NCBI GenBank assembly: GCA_964187785.1
Contig: OZ076409.1
Location: forward strand, 13,890,001-13,954,000
Direction of reading: 5' to 3'
Source of the DNA: Amphiscolops sp. MND2022
Lineage: Eukaryota
DNA: 64,000 bases
The notes under the pieces are model-generated. The model was not told the DNA's origin and made no database searches. It was given only the letters and a program-made list of their open reading frames with translations. The position numbers and the translations under genes were made by a program. Below are positions 63,501 to 64,000 of this stretch, one piece after another (the stretch's first letter is position 1; every line of letters begins with the position of its first letter).

Positions 63501-64000
63501 TTACAGATGACTCTTCTTCCTTCGCCTGTTGCTTGCTGCTCTTGTACCGTGGAAATGCATCGGCAGTACCATCAGCAAAAACAGCAACAACCATAACACC
63601 CCACCGGGAGCGTTTACATCAGCGGAGTACACCACACCACATCACACCATACATACATTGTGTTCAGTTTCTCCCCTGTTTCGCTTCTTATCCTAGAATG
63701 TTGTTAACCCGACACGAGTCGCCGTGCTCTTGTGCTTCTCGGGTCGCTTCGGCCGTTTTTGTGGCGTTTATCGTGTTCGGCTTTGGTGGTACGTGGCGGT
63801 AGCGGTGTTTTGTCAGTCATAGTCATAGCCACAGTCATTCTTTCTTTCATTCGTCAATAATTAGCCGCGCAGGTTCAGAAGCGGTTCTTCTTGTTTCCTT
63901 TCGTTTTTCTTGTCAGCACAGATCGAGAGAAAATTCAAAAAATATATATTAGCTGCTGCTGCTATTGCCAAGAAGCACTGCCGCCAAGTACAGCGGCGGA

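Overview
AT-rich, intron-containing eukaryotic nuclear DNA, probably an invertebrate animal (inference). It is dominated by decayed and nested transposable elements. Two spliced minus-strand genes can be assembled by hand. One is an LRRC27-like leucine-rich-repeat gene with about 10 coding exons (52666 to 42174; one junction unresolved). The other is a CXorf65/C22orf15-family-like gene (exons 18869-18570, 13111-12917, 1801-1592; 5' end unresolved), whose 11-kb intron holds a TE nest. The TEs include three degenerate Ty3/Gypsy elements, one with both LTRs, PBS and PPT, and a Tc1/mariner transposase relic. There is also a LINE RT fragment, about 8 copies of a DINE-1/HINE-like (Helentron) family, several Mutator-like MITEs with 9-bp TSDs, hAT and pogo-type MITEs, and a GG-terminated MITE family with an 8-bp TSD. 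The most unusual observation is a 2.1-kb solo LTR (5-bp TSD) whose last ~380 bp carry a protein-coding frame. That frame is conserved in a second, diverged copy and is still open at the LTR's terminal CA, suggesting a retroelement whose gag starts inside the LTR. No prokaryotic features, CRISPR arrays, rRNA or convincing tRNA genes were seen. All family assignments come from visual motif recognition; no searches were run.
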